From the NCBI GenBank assembly GCA_026025075.1, contig JAPEUI010000016.1:62001-126000 (forward strand): a stretch of 64,000 nt of DNA, given 5' to 3'. Below the pieces are notes generated by a model that had not been told where the DNA came from, ran no database searches, and saw only the letters and a program-made list of their open reading frames with translations. Positions 1 to 11,522 of the stretch are shown here, piece by piece (position 1 is the stretch's first letter; every line of letters starts with the position of its first letter). This DNA is from Vezdaea acicularis (Eukaryota). The translations under genes were made by a program, and so were the position numbers.

Positions 1-4
1 TTAG

Positions 5-106
5 GAACGAGATGATGCTTTTGACCGTGCCTTCAAGCGCGGCCATCTGATGTGCTCAGCCGGAGTGCAGAGCCGCGAGGCTGTCAATGAGGCTCAAGTG
101 GCATAG
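5..106 (+). CDS. Probable terminal exon of a gene entering from the left edge (ERDDAFDRAFKRGHLMCSAGVQSREAVNEAQVA*), product unknown
   Basis: A ttag acceptor-like site at 1-4 is followed by a protein-like open frame ending in TAG, then AT-rich 3'-UTR-like sequence. The rest of the gene lies outside the window. Confidence 0.4.
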   Translation, partial: ERDDAFDRAFKRGHLMCSAGVQSREAVNEAQVA

Positions 107-595
107 CCCCTTCCGGTGCTGACTGAGGTATGATGTTTCCACTCAGCCAGCAAAGCCCTACAAATCCCTAATCTTTGATACAGTAGCTTGGCACTATCAG
201 ATTTGTACAAATAAAAGGCTGATCAAGCTGTATGATGCACAACAGGTGATATTGAAATTCAGTCAGCCAGGCATTGCGCCTAAGAAAAGGGATGAGATAT
301 ATAAGACCATAAAGGAGTATGAATAAAATTGATTAAGTCATCAAGTTATGAGTATCCGTAAGGACTCGATTTAGTCACGTGATATTGGAAACGCAGGGAA
401 ACTCGTCATCGAAACCAAGCGAGATATGAATGCTCAACCTCTTTAACGACGAATACTTAGAGAAGCATGATGCCAATTTATCAAGAGATCGGTTGCCATA
501 AGCCCAAGTCCACTTTATCGACGCCAGATACGGCGTGTGGAAGGCTGCGGTAATCACATCAGAAAATCTCCACCAATTCCGCCGAGATAGATACG

Positions 596-2573
596 ATGAA
601 CGAAGATGGCACGAAGATGGCGTCGATCGTTGTAGCGCGCGTCATACCTATAGTCCTTGCAGCAATTGTAGTCTATTCAACATGGTCATTCACCTCACCG
701 TTATGTGGTAAAGATCCGAGCCTCGATCCAACATGATCGATGAAGCGTACTAATACCGTTCAGTTCATTATCTCCTGCGGCCCTCTCCAGCTTCAGGTCG
801 TGTTCCGAGGACCAGCATAGCAATAGGCCTTCTTGTGGGGCTCTACATCCTCCTGATAGTCATGGTTATTACTTACATCCGGCTATTTGTTGAAATTCTG
901 ATTAACCCGGGCTATATCCCCCGGTCCGCGCGATGGTACAAAAGAGCAGAGGATGAGCGGGAAAGTAGATCGCGTAAGAAGCACAGTAAAAGATTCAAAG
1001 GCAATCATCTCGTGCTCAGGGATAAGCAAAAAGACGCTGTACAGGAACCCGATTTGGAACTGGGCCATGGACATCAAATGCGAAGACACAGTCATGAGTC
1101 TAGAGAGCCCGTCTCACTTTGGCCGGATTTGAACGCTCCACCTCCAGGTATTGAACGGTTTTATGAGAAAGATGTGTTTGTCTGTGAGGCTACTGGTCGC
1201 CCTATTTGGTGCCATTATTGTCTTGAATGGAAATCCGACCGAGCACATCATAATAGCGAATCTGACCGGTGCGTCAGGAAGCTTGATCATTTCTGCCCAT
1301 GGTAATATACTTCTCTTTCCCTAAATCTCTGCGTACTTTTCAGTCCGCTCTTACGCCTGGAGGCCGTGAAAATTACTTTGCTTTTTCCTAGATACAGCTA
1401 CGTGACGTAAGCTTCATTCATTTGGCAGCGGCAAAGACTAACCACAGTCTGCAACAGGGTGGGAGGCGTCCTCAGTGAGACCTCATTCAAATACTTCATA
1501 CAATTCACGACGAGCGCAGCCTTGTTTTGCTTATACGTAATGGTTGTTTTCTCCACTTTTATCGCCGAACGTGCCCACCATGTAGGTTCCCTAGCTTTCT
1601 GATCAAACTCGTCTAAACCTCCCCTGTCCCATAAGGTGTGGGGGCCCAAAGCACTGCCGAAAATGGCGTTTGTCAGCGTTTTGGGTCTCGCCCTTCTGAG
1701 CCAGGCTGAGCGGAAGCCCTAGCACAATGTGAACGAGTTTATTCTAACGTCAGTTGATGGAATACTCTCAGTCTGATCTCTCAATTTCCCGATATCTTTG
1801 CCCCTTCTCCGCTTTCATCAACGCTTTGCTTGCTGCTTGATACAGCATATGTTGAATCGTTTTAAGATCATCAAATCCATCTTCGTTCATGACGAAGATG
1901 GCAAGCTTGGGCACTACTAACTAACAGGGTTTATAGGCATCCTTTCCTAGCGCTCACTGGATTGTAGCGCTTGTCTTGTAGGTTTGACGCTCCTTACTTT
2001 ACTATTTCGCTCATTCTTGCCAGCGCTGTCCTCTTTGGATTCCTAGCAGCTTCTATGAGCGGAAGCTCCATATACTTAGCATTACTGAATAGTACGACAA
2101 TCGAAAACCTCTCTCGTAAGACAAAGGTTTGGCAGCTTGCTATCCTTGTTCCCAATTCCTCTTCATCAGTTCGTGGCCAGGACCCAGGGCAGCCTTCTCC
2201 ACCTTATACAACAGTCACCTATCCTCTTCCATCCACTGATGGCGCTAAACTCGAGTCCCAGAATCCCCCTTTGCGCACTTTTGCTATATTGCGTTCCCGG
2301 CCAGGTGAGAATCCCTACGATCTTGGATATTACCGGAATTGGTGCAGCGTAATGGGGGATCGGCCAATGGACTGGTTTTCAACCAAACGGAGTCCTTGCT
2401 GCGATCATGAGCGCTGGGAGAGCGAATTTGAGCTTGGCCCTGTTGTGGATAGGATGCGACGAGAAGCTGGCCTCTTGCCGATCAACGGGCTCGATAGTTC
2501 GAGAAGAAAGCGAAGGAGGAGAAAGTCATCTACAGTGCGTGGAACTGGCCGGAAAGGGGAAAGCAGGACGTAG
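596..2573 (+). CDS. PFA5: DHHC-family palmitoyltransferase, Pfa5-like (5 exons)
   Basis: Approximate spliced model 596-707, 764-1301, 1458-1581, 1937-1977, 2024-2573. It contains TM helices, the Cys-rich region WCHYCLEWKSDRAHH...RCVRKLDHFCPW|VGG, the TTIE motif and NPYDLGYYRNW. Introns are GT-AG and join in frame. Confidence 0.85.
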
Positions 2574-3708
2574 GGAGCCGAAACAGCAGACGAATAGATG
2601 TTGAAGGCAGAGATTCGAGCAACCTAGGCCTAGTAGCATTCACTGATGTGCGGGAAAGGAATTTATGTTTCCATCATGAGAGGCCGGCAAATCTCCAATG
2701 CTTATCACTGGAGCATTGAAACATGCCTTGGGAACTTGTCCGCTACATCCCGAAAGGGTTACGAGGACGTAGCCCATCTTGGTTGTATACAGAAAGCGCA
2801 GGCCGTCTTATAACGGCGATTCAATCACTTGGCATGGCGCAGTGCTTTTGGGTGAACCAATTGGTTGATGGTAATGACGGTTGGAACATGGCGTTCTTCA
2901 CACATGAGCGACTATCGCATTAGAGCCAGCATTCATATGAATAGGAAGATTAGAGTTTGTTAGAGACTATCACATGGGCTAGTTTCGTGTAGCAGGGCAC
3001 AGTCGCTTGGCAAAACATCATGTGAGAGGTGCCATGCCATAAATCTTACCGGGGTTGAGAAAGCTCTCGACACCATGGTTGGTTGACTCTTGCGATCGTA
3101 CTTGGAGCAGTGATTCTCAGGCTGATTGGGGTGCACGGCTTGATTCTGGGCTCTACGATGTATACCTGGCATAGGTGATGATGCTGAGAAAAGTACCTTC
3201 CTAGAGGCTGTTTGGTTCCCCACCTCGAATCTCAATTAGTTGTTATGAGCTCACGGGGCAGGGAGGCCGAAAATATATAGGATTCAGTAGAGCTCTCTCA
3301 GTCGGCAGGTCTTAGCGGGGGTGTCCTGCAAGTGTCCGAAATAGTCCCACGTCCATCACGATACATATCTCATCGTATGAAACCAGAATCAACGACCTTA
3401 ATTGGATGAAAGCACTACCCTGAAGCCGATTCGAGCTAATTAACACGTCACTATGCTTTTATTAGACAAAATATTCTCCGTTTCCATCGAGAACTCGTCC
3501 GTATATCAACAGTCTTATGGACTAATAGTCTTTTCACATGTGGCCTCCGAGTTCTCATTAGGCATCTAGCCAAATGTACCTCTATCATACATCGAGCGTC
3601 TTCTGACGCTATCCGGCGCGAGCTTGCATCCTAGTGGTTTCGAGGCGGACACACCAAAGAGTTGATTAGTCGGAACGCGCTGAGCTTACCGGCCCCAATG
3701 GTCATTTC

Positions 3709-3728
3709 TGGCTGCCTTAAGGCAGCCA
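3709..3728. repeat. Perfect 20-bp palindrome tggctgccttaaggcagcca
   Basis: The sequence equals its own reverse complement and is centred on TTAA. Confidence 0.9.
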
Positions 3729-4627
3729 AGGCCAGCGCTCAGTGGAGAAGCCCCCACATCGTTCTTTGGCATGCCAACGCAATCATATGCCGGCCAATAG
3801 TTTCTAACGTTGCTCTGTTGATGCACATTCCGCTCTAAAGATGGTCTAAATACCGGTCAACAAAGGTATTAGAAGGAAAATCAGTCCTGCAAGCATAATC
3901 GTCCGCCATACTCCGTTGGTCTCAAGAGCGGCCTAGGAGATACCAATGGTTACAAGCCAGTTCACGCATACGCTATGCAAAAGAACGAGATGCGAAGGAG
4001 ATGCGAAACCCATGTTGTATTGAAAGAATGTGTGAACTGCAAAAGGGTGTGATAAGACAGATTGTGAAGGTAAGGAGATACAAGAAATCAGAAAATGTGA
4101 CAGTGAAAGTAACATGCATAGGGCCTTGAGCTTGGGAAGCTTCCAATCCTCGATGCGACGAGCCACAGTGCTCTCCGGTACCAATGAACATGAAAGGGAA
4201 TCAAAGTGAAATAGAATAAGGAAAAGCAAAAAAGCCAGTGTGGAGCGACAACAGACGTGAGAGGTTGACAAATATCCGCCATCAACTCTAAACATTATCA
4301 AGATTCTGTGGTCTCTTGTATGAGGACTTTTGACCTCATAAGAGCCCAAGATTTTTGAAAAGATGATTCCATGAAAGAAGCGTTCACGTGAAAATGCTGA
4401 AAAGATGGTTGTCCCTATCGAACCAATTCTTACCCCACAGTGTTGCTGCAGAAGGACAATAAATGAAGCAGAAAAAGAAAATTCGGAAAATTCGAAGACG
4501 ATGTATGAAAGCTCAACTATACCGAAGGCGATCAAAAGTGAGAACGAAGCTTGCCATGTTTGTTGTTTCGTCGCCCGTGGACTGATGCCGAGCTTGGGCC
4601 TTCCTTGATTAACGAGTTTTTGATAGT

Positions 4628-5072
4628 CTAAGGCCAGATGATGCAGCGATCGTGACAGTAATGATGCCCGCAGACTGGGCAATCGTACTCGAAGAGCTCG
4701 GGATCGTTCCAACAGACTTCGCCGTTGTCATAGCAATCGGAGCACCGCCACCAGCCACTCATATCGTCCTCCACAGGTTCTCCGAATGTTAGTGCGGATT
4801 GATTATTTTGACCCATCTCAGAGCAATTGCCGCACTTCACATGCCCACATTCAGGGCATGCAGGGGTTATCTCTATCACGTACGGACCTGCCCCGCAAGA
4901 GCAGCAACGGTACAAATCGTCGTCATCATATTGACGGTTGCCCCTGTTGCACAAGCAATGTCAACTGTTTGGGTGCTAGAAACCACCTCTGGGACACCAA
5001 GAAGACTTACTGTTGAAGGTCAGGTGAATATTTCGATTGTGCTCGAGACCGATGCCGGTGTTGAACTGGCAT
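4628..5072 (-). CDS. 125-aa Cys-rich protein with two CxxC...CxxCxHxxC zinc-ribbon-like modules (2 exons)
   Basis: ATG at 5072, exon 5011-5072, intron 4944-5010 (GTAAGT...GTTGAC...CAG), exon 4628-4943 in frame. Modules are YRCCSC..CPECGHVKCGNC and WRCSDC..CPVCGHHYCHDRC. Confidence 0.75.
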
Positions 5073-6994
5073 CTTCTCTTTGGGTGACCTTTAGGTCTCT
5101 TCGATCGTTTTTCTGTTTTGAGACTCAAGGTTGATTGGTTTGATTGATTTGATTTACTGGTCAGTATCTTGCTTGCTCAGATATGTTCTAAGATATCGAG
5201 ATGCTGGAGGCCCTCAAGGAGCTTTATACTACAATGCTGAGGTTCTGTTGAAGCCCAACCCTACCGACAAAGTGGAAGGAATCATGAGCGCTCTCCACCA
5301 AAGGACTCTTATAATTCTGTCTTCCGGCTGCATCTTCCCGGCGAGGGCAGGTCATTCCTATGGGCGGTGAGCATATATCGGATAGGAATCCATGCTAAGG
5401 GAGATCAATAGCGCTAGAAACCAGGCAAATACCTCCAGAGAAGTACCCATGGCGAGGCGTAGAAGGGGGACAACCTTAAGTTTCTACCTAACCTGTTAAA
5501 GGGCCGTCAATACAGCCCTAAGAAGAGGAGATGCATTGGTATCTGTTCCCTATGCCCTATACGGAACCGAGAAAGGTTCGATAGAAAGCCAATTACTTGC
5601 ATAAGGCTCCACAGCTTTGGGCAAGCTCGCCACATAGCATTATCTCCGTCTGGATTCCTAGCATACTCCCACATGATGTCAGGATTAGGTGAAAATATCG
5701 AATATCTTATCATGATATGCACCGGCTGGCCTGCTGTCCCACCGATGCCTCGAAGGTAGCTCTCATTTTGAATACGCGGTTGAAAATGAGCCAAGACTCC
5801 TGGTTTTGAGGCGAACATCGCTGAATGTCTTGTTTGACATACGGGGCAAACCGGTTCGCAAGCAAGCTAATCATGATAAAGTTGCCTAATTACACCTTTC
5901 AACGATGCCAAATGCCTACATCTCCTTCGGTATTCAGGAAACTAAGAAAGCACGCCATCGAAGCCTGACGCTATTGGTATACGATCGGGTAAAGGCTGTG
6001 TGGGCTGTGCAGAATCCGTTCAGGAGGAAGCCGGACGATCCATTGACTTCGAAGGATAAGTCCGGACAAGCCATGAGGATAATTCCGCGTTTCAGATCCT
6101 TCGAGAACAGATTCAAAGCGGCATAGAAGGGTTAAGGGCGGGGAGATTGATAAGAAGAGCGCCGGGGCGTTGTGGCCCTATATCGCTCTCGTGACACCTC
6201 ATGGCGTCGGTCCTCAGACGCCCGGTTCGGCTTCGGTGGGCAGCGGTGTAGAATCTAGTGTCACGCCGTTACATAGGACAAGGTCAGTACTCGGACTTCA
6301 CAATTAGAGGAAGGAAGGCGTCCTCTCTCATCATTCTCCGGGTGCTCTCCCTTGTTTTTGGGTCGCTATATCAGAGCAATCAAGAGAGCTCCCGTGCCCT
6401 TTGGGAGAGCTTTGAGTGGCTTAAAGGCAAAGGTATTCAAGATGACTATAGCAGTCAGGCTGGCCAATAGAGAACTTTAGGGCGTCGGGTATTTTCTGCC
6501 ATGCCCACTCGTAAGATTCTCAAATACTGGTGGCTCAGGGATATATATGTCATGATGCGATTTCATATTGCCAGAATAGAGGGGCCGAATTCTGATCTAA
6601 GAATGGCAACGAACTGATAATGCATGAACCTTGAAAACCCTACGGATGACATCACTTTCCTGAAGCAGCATAATAAGTGGGGTTCCCATATATCTTGTGG
6701 CATTGTCTCTGGCACTAACCGGATTCACGTACAACTAAATCGGAAGTTAACTTCAGCCTTGTCTGGGGACGCTAAACTTATTTGAGACATGAGGGGTCCG
6801 AGGACCGGACATCTCGAGCAGTCTAGCTAATATTGCACGCTGTACAAGCTCTCGTGCTACGCAAAGCGCTGAAACCATTTCTAACGGGTCAAACATTTAT
6901 GCTATACTTCGAGCGGTTACGCCGAGTAAACAGCTGAACAGACGGGAGGCCGAGACTATGGAATACAATGAGCATTAGCATTACTAGTGCTTTT

Positions 6995-8102
6995 CTAGAG
7001 CTTTGAGCTAGGACTGCCTTCAGTCCTGTGGATGCGAAAACCGTGTCGTGGTGTGTGTATCCGTATGGTTTCCTCTTCAGCCTTTGTTTTCGATTCTACC
7101 ACAATCTCCTTGAAGGACAAGGACACCAGGCGGCCGCGGTCTTTGTGCTTGGAGCCACTATCAATTGGCCATACCATCACCTCTTCGCCTACTTTGAGTC
7201 CGCTCGGGTCATTATTTACCAATCCATCATTATATTCCGAGAGCGTGTGAGACAGGATTTGCTTAATTGCATCAACACCTTTCAGTGTTTTCGGCTGTGG
7301 AGATGAGGCCTTCGCGGATGACACTGCGGATTGAAATCGGACAATCCAGGCGAATACTTTAGGGAAATATTGAGGAGAAATCAGGTTCGAAGGGAGGGCG
7401 CCTTTGAGACCAATCAGCCAGTGCAATGGCCAAACGGCTAGAAAATCATATGTCAGTGCGCCAGCTAGCTCCAATATCAAGGAGAGTACATACCCTCGAT
7501 ATCAGCTAAAGATGGTGCTTTTGTGTTCAAGATCCAGTCGCGCCCATCTGCGAGAAGAGTTGTCTCCAGGAGTTCAAATCCTTCTCTAATGTCAACCAAA
7601 GCTTCCGGTCTCACCCTTTTAACGTCTGCGCTCTTCCAGCTTCTTCCCGTATAGTCTTCTCGGTCCCTTTGAAACTTTGGATCCTTGAGCAAAGGCATGT
7701 CTGTCGGAATAAGCTGAGACGCGCGAACAAATATTCCCCCATCAATCGCCCATTTTTCGAGTAGCTTCTCTACCACTCTGTCGTCCCCTTGTGTGGCGCC
7801 CAGGCGACCCTCTGGAAACTTTTGTTCTAATGTCTCGAGAATGAGGCGTGTGTCACAGTAGATGTCGCGACCGATTGCGAGAACAGGAATTCGCCGATAG
7901 GATACTCCGAGAGCTGCGAGATCCTCTCGTGGCATTATAGGTGGTTGTAGCTACGCATGTTAGCACCTTGTCGCCAAGTAACGGCATTCTGGCTTACACA
8001 TTGTGAATACGGTATCCCGCGAAGAGCAAGATACCACGTAATGCGACGAGCATACGGCGAATATGAATAGTGGAATAAGATAATCTTGTCAATTGAAGAC
8101 AT
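6995..8102 (-). CDS. Glutathione S-transferase-like protein (fungal GST_N_3 type), 3 exons
   Basis: N-terminus MSSIDKIILFHYSYSPYARRITWYL, then YRRIPVLAIGRDIYCDTRLI and PSLADIEAVW. Introns 7951-7997 and 7438-7493 join the three ORF-track fragments in frame. Confidence 0.88.
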
Positions 8103-8288
8103 GTTCATCTCAAAAAGCATTGCATGCCGCCTAAGTCGTGGCATTGGCTTGCTATTTTAGTCTGATCTCAAGAAATGTAACCGAGGTTCGATCTGTGTCC
8201 CACCACTCCCCCCCCCGGGGCCGCACAAAATTCCCCGCGTTCCGATAAATGTTATCAAGTACCGTCCACACCTAAAGGCTGTCTTGGA

Positions 8289-8604
8289 TCATTTTTGCTT
8301 ATCGTCCCTTCCCCGTTTCCCGTAGTATTCGTCCCTACCAACATCTATTTAGCCGATGTGAAGGTATCGGGGATCAACCTTACATCTTTTTGCCGCGATC
8401 AGCTTCAGTCGCTTTGCCTTCCAGCCGGTCGAGAGCCTCTTCGATGATACCAATGTGACCTCGAAGAGTTCCCTCAATCTCATCCAGTCTAGCCTCGTGT
8501 TCTTCAAGATTATAGACATGGTGAGAGCGAAGTAGCATGGTTGCACCTGCTATAGCGGATAACTGGATGCCAAGACGAAGGGCTGCGTTTTGAAAGACCG
8601 ACAT
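8289..8604 (-). CDS. 88-aa small protein with a hydrophobic N-terminal segment and a coiled-coil-like stretch (2 exons)
   Basis: Exon 8384-8604 (MSVFQNAALRLGIQLSAIAGATMLLRSHHVYNLEEHEARLDEIEG...), intron 8335-8383 (GTAAGG...GCTAAA...TAG), exon 8289-8334 (MDEYYGKRGRDDKQK*). Confidence 0.6.
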
Positions 8605-9392
8605 TTCTGCGAAGATAGGTTGATAGAATGTCCGCTTTTGAGGGTTTTCCTTCAGGGATGTTTATTCTTTGATCGCTCATAGTTGTGAAATCAAAGCTCG
8701 TATGTGAATCCATGACATCAGTACTCTACCCTGGGGTACGCGAAATTTGTAAAGCTATGGAGCGGCGTTCAGGCTTCTCCGATATCCATGTCAGCAACAG
8801 CTGTTTCGAAGTGATCTTATCTGGCAATTTGAATGGGATCATCGTATTGTTGTAAATTTTTAAATCTAAATTCTTTGGTTGAAGTTGGATATTCATCCAC
8901 TGACCTTTTTCCGGGGGCGAAATAGCGTAGGTTTGCGGGCTAGTTTTGAATGGACGTGGGCGAGACTAATTGTTTCGACATAACTCAAATTTTATCAGCT
9001 GCAATATCATTGAGTAATCGTAGAGCAATTACGGAATGTCACAAACATGTTTCATATCAAAGTTACGAATTATGAAGCTCAATGGTTATCTGATCAATAT
9101 ATCCATCACGCTTAGTAGGCGCGTGCGAACGGCGGCGCGTCGTGAAGTGGTCCAGCTCTAGCGTCAAACACTTTGTCGTATAAATGACCGAGCTTCTGAG
9201 CTCGGAACATATGATAATATCAGCTGAAATGGTGAAATGCGATCACCAGGAGGTGTGCGTCTTGTTCAGGCTGTGCATACGTCGGGTTTCCTCAGATGCG
9301 ATTCCTCCAACGCCAGAGCTGTTGATACCGTAGGAGGCCTGCATACTCTTCTAGTATAGACTCCATCGTTCCCTCCGAAGAACTTACCGGAC

Positions 9393-11522
9393 ATGTCTTC
9401 TTCACAACCTTTCATTACTTCTTCGCCCCTCGCGGCAGCTCCAGGCTACAACGAGCGGCGCAAGTCTCGATTTACTTTCAAACACCTTGGCCAGCTCGGA
9501 CTTTCGTCTACAACGTGTCCGCTTCGGGTAGTAGCACTTATAGACCTGGATGCCTTCTATGCTCAATGTGAAGGTGTACGTCTCAACATTGCTGATGATC
9601 AGCCACTTGCAGTGCAACAGTGGCAAGGTCTCATCGCCATTAACTATCCGGCAAGAAAATTCGGACTTAGTCGGCATATCGACATTAACGAAGCCAAGAA
9701 GCTTTGTCCACAACTAATCGTGCAACATGTAGCGACGTGGCGCGAAGGAGATACGAAGTGGGCGTATCACGAAGATGCTTTCAAACATATTGCTACAGAT
9801 AAAGTCTCCTTGGATCCCTATCGGCTAGAGTCACGGAGAATTCTCGCCGCCATCAAGGAATTTTTGCCCGCACCCTTACAACGAGTTGAGAAAGCTAGCG
9901 TGGACGAGATGTTCCTCGATCTCTCAGCTCATGTTCATTCAATATTGCTTCAGCGGTATCCTGAGCTTCAAGGGCCAGCTCCCTACGATGACCTGTCTGA
10001 GAATCTCCCTTGCCCACCCACGACTGCCCTAGATTGGAATACAGACGCACTCGTTGACCTGGATGCAAACGAAACCGAGGATGATGATCCAGATTGGGAC
10101 GACATCGTAATGCTGATCGGATCCGAGATCGTACGGGATGTGAGGAAATTCATTTACACCCGGCTGAAGTATACATGCTCAGCGGGCGTTGCTCAGAACA
10201 AGATGCTCTCGAAACTCGCGTCAGCACATAGGAAGCCGAATCAACAGACCATCATCCGAAACCGTGCCATACAGCACTTCCTCGCAGACTTCAAGTTCAC
10301 GAAGATCCGCAACTTGGGTGGCAAGCTCGGTGATGAAATCGTGGCAAAGTTTGGTACCGACTCTGTCAAAGACATGCTCGAGGTGTCCCACAATCAACTG
10401 AAGCTGAGGTTAGGGGATGAGACGGGTAGTTGGGTCTATCAGATTATTCGTGGCATCGACTTCAGCGAGGTCAACTCCCGCACTCAGATCAAGTCGATGC
10501 TCTCAGCAAAGTCCTTTCGACCAACTATCAACACGTATGAGCAAGCAGTGAGATGGCTTCGGATCTTCGCGGCCGACATCTTTTCTCGTCTCGTCGAGGA
10601 GGGTGTTGTGGAGAATACGCGGCGCCCTAAGACCATCAATCTGCATCACCGCCAGGGAGGCAACACTAAATCTCGTCAGGCACCTATCCCTAAAGGCCGG
10701 GCCATTACTGAAGAAGTCCTTTTTGAATCAGCTCGGAATCTTCTCACTCAGATTATTGCAGAGGGAAAAGCCTGGCCATGCGGAAACCTTAGTCTGAGCG
10801 TAGGTGGCTTTGAGGACGCCATTAGCGGTAATCGAGGTATCGGATCATTCCTTATCAAAGGAGAAGAGGCAAAAGCAATGGAACCAACCATTAACACCTC
10901 TGCACCATCTCACAATACGTCGGACGTCTCACAAGCTCAATCAGGCAAGAGGAGGCGGCTCGACAATGGTGCGATCCAGCGATTTCTTGTCAAGACCGAA
11001 CAGAGCTTTGACGACCAAGAGAGGCACTCTTCCACACCAGATCTCTCCGTTGAAGAGGGTCCTCGACATAACACTGCCTCGCGATCTACAGAAGATTTTG
11101 AGCGAGACCGTATGTCCATTGGCAATAAAGGGTCTGAAGGACTAAGAGTGCCCCTGCCTGATGCGGGCGACCTCCCATCAGCTCTGCGTGATCCTTCGCG
11201 TCTGCATCAGCAAGCAATCACGACATTTATCTGTGGCCAATGTGGTAAGGCTATACCGGCGGATGGCCGAGAAGAACACGAGGATTGGCATTTCGCGACG
11301 GAGCTTCAAGCTCAAGAACATCACGGTGGCAATTCGATGAGCAAGCCCATTCCTGCGCGACCATCATCGACAGATAACGAAAAGCACAAGTCCAACGGAA
11401 AGCACCACGGCAGCAAGATTGGCGCAGCGAATGGTCCGAAGAAGCCAACAAGCTCTAGCTCTGCGGGGAAGATCCATGATGGAAAGGTCGAGAAGGGTCA
11501 GCGCCGGTTGGCATTCGGGTAA
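9393..11522 (+). CDS. RAD30: DNA polymerase eta (Y-family translesion polymerase)
   Basis: Y-family motifs IDLDAFYAQCE, IAINYPARKFG, KASVDE and TCSAGVAQNKMLSKLAS. C-terminal UBZ finger CGQC...EEHEDWH. Intronless, 709 aa. Confidence 0.95.
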   Translation: MSSSQPFITSSPLAAAPGYNERRKSRFTFKHLGQLGLSSTTCPLRVVALIDLDAFYAQCEGVRLNIADDQPLAVQQWQGLIAINYPARKFGLSRHIDINEAKKLCPQLIVQHVATWREGDTKWAYHEDAFKHIATDKVSLDPYRLESRRILAAIKEFLPAPLQRVEKASVDEMFLDLSAHVHSILLQRYPELQGPAPYDDLSENLPCPPTTALDWNTDALVDLDANETEDDDPDWDDIVMLIGSEIVRDVRKFIYTRLKYTCSAGVAQNKMLSKLASAHRKPNQQTIIRNRAIQHFLADFKFTKIRNLGGKLGDEIVAKFGTDSVKDMLEVSHNQLKLRLGDETGSWVYQIIRGIDFSEVNSRTQIKSMLSAKSFRPTINTYEQAVRWLRIFAADIFSRLVEEGVVENTRRPKTINLHHRQGGNTKSRQAPIPKGRAITEEVLFESARNLLTQIIAEGKAWPCGNLSLSVGGFEDAISGNRGIGSFLIKGEEAKAMEPTINTSAPSHNTSDVSQAQSGKRRRLDNGAIQRFLVKTEQSFDDQERHSSTPDLSVEEGPRHNTASRSTEDFERDRMSIGNKGSEGLRVPLPDAGDLPSALRDPSRLHQQAITTFICGQCGKAIPADGREEHEDWHFATELQAQEHHGGNSMSKPIPARPSSTDNEKHKSNGKHHGSKIGAANGPKKPTSSSSAGKIHDGKVEKGQRRLAFG

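Noticed and set aside
1398..1412. Possible 9-nt microexon (cag|CTACGTGAC|gtaagc) in PFA5 intron 2
   Set aside because: Inclusion would destroy the conserved CPWVG motif and no clear upstream branch point is present. It cannot be supported without reads.
3933..4712. 259-aa minus-strand ORF
   Set aside because: Overlaps the end of the zinc-ribbon gene in another frame, has UTR-like composition and shows no motifs.
6127..6138. aagggttaaggg as a telomerase RNA template or telomeric seed
   Set aside because: Does not match the TAACCCTAA template expected for TTAGGG telomeres, and no convincing pseudoknot or P6.1 element was found nearby.
9393..11522. Eso1-type fusion of pol eta with the Eco1 acetyltransferase
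   Set aside because: The protein ends shortly after the UBZ finger and has no acetyltransferase domain.
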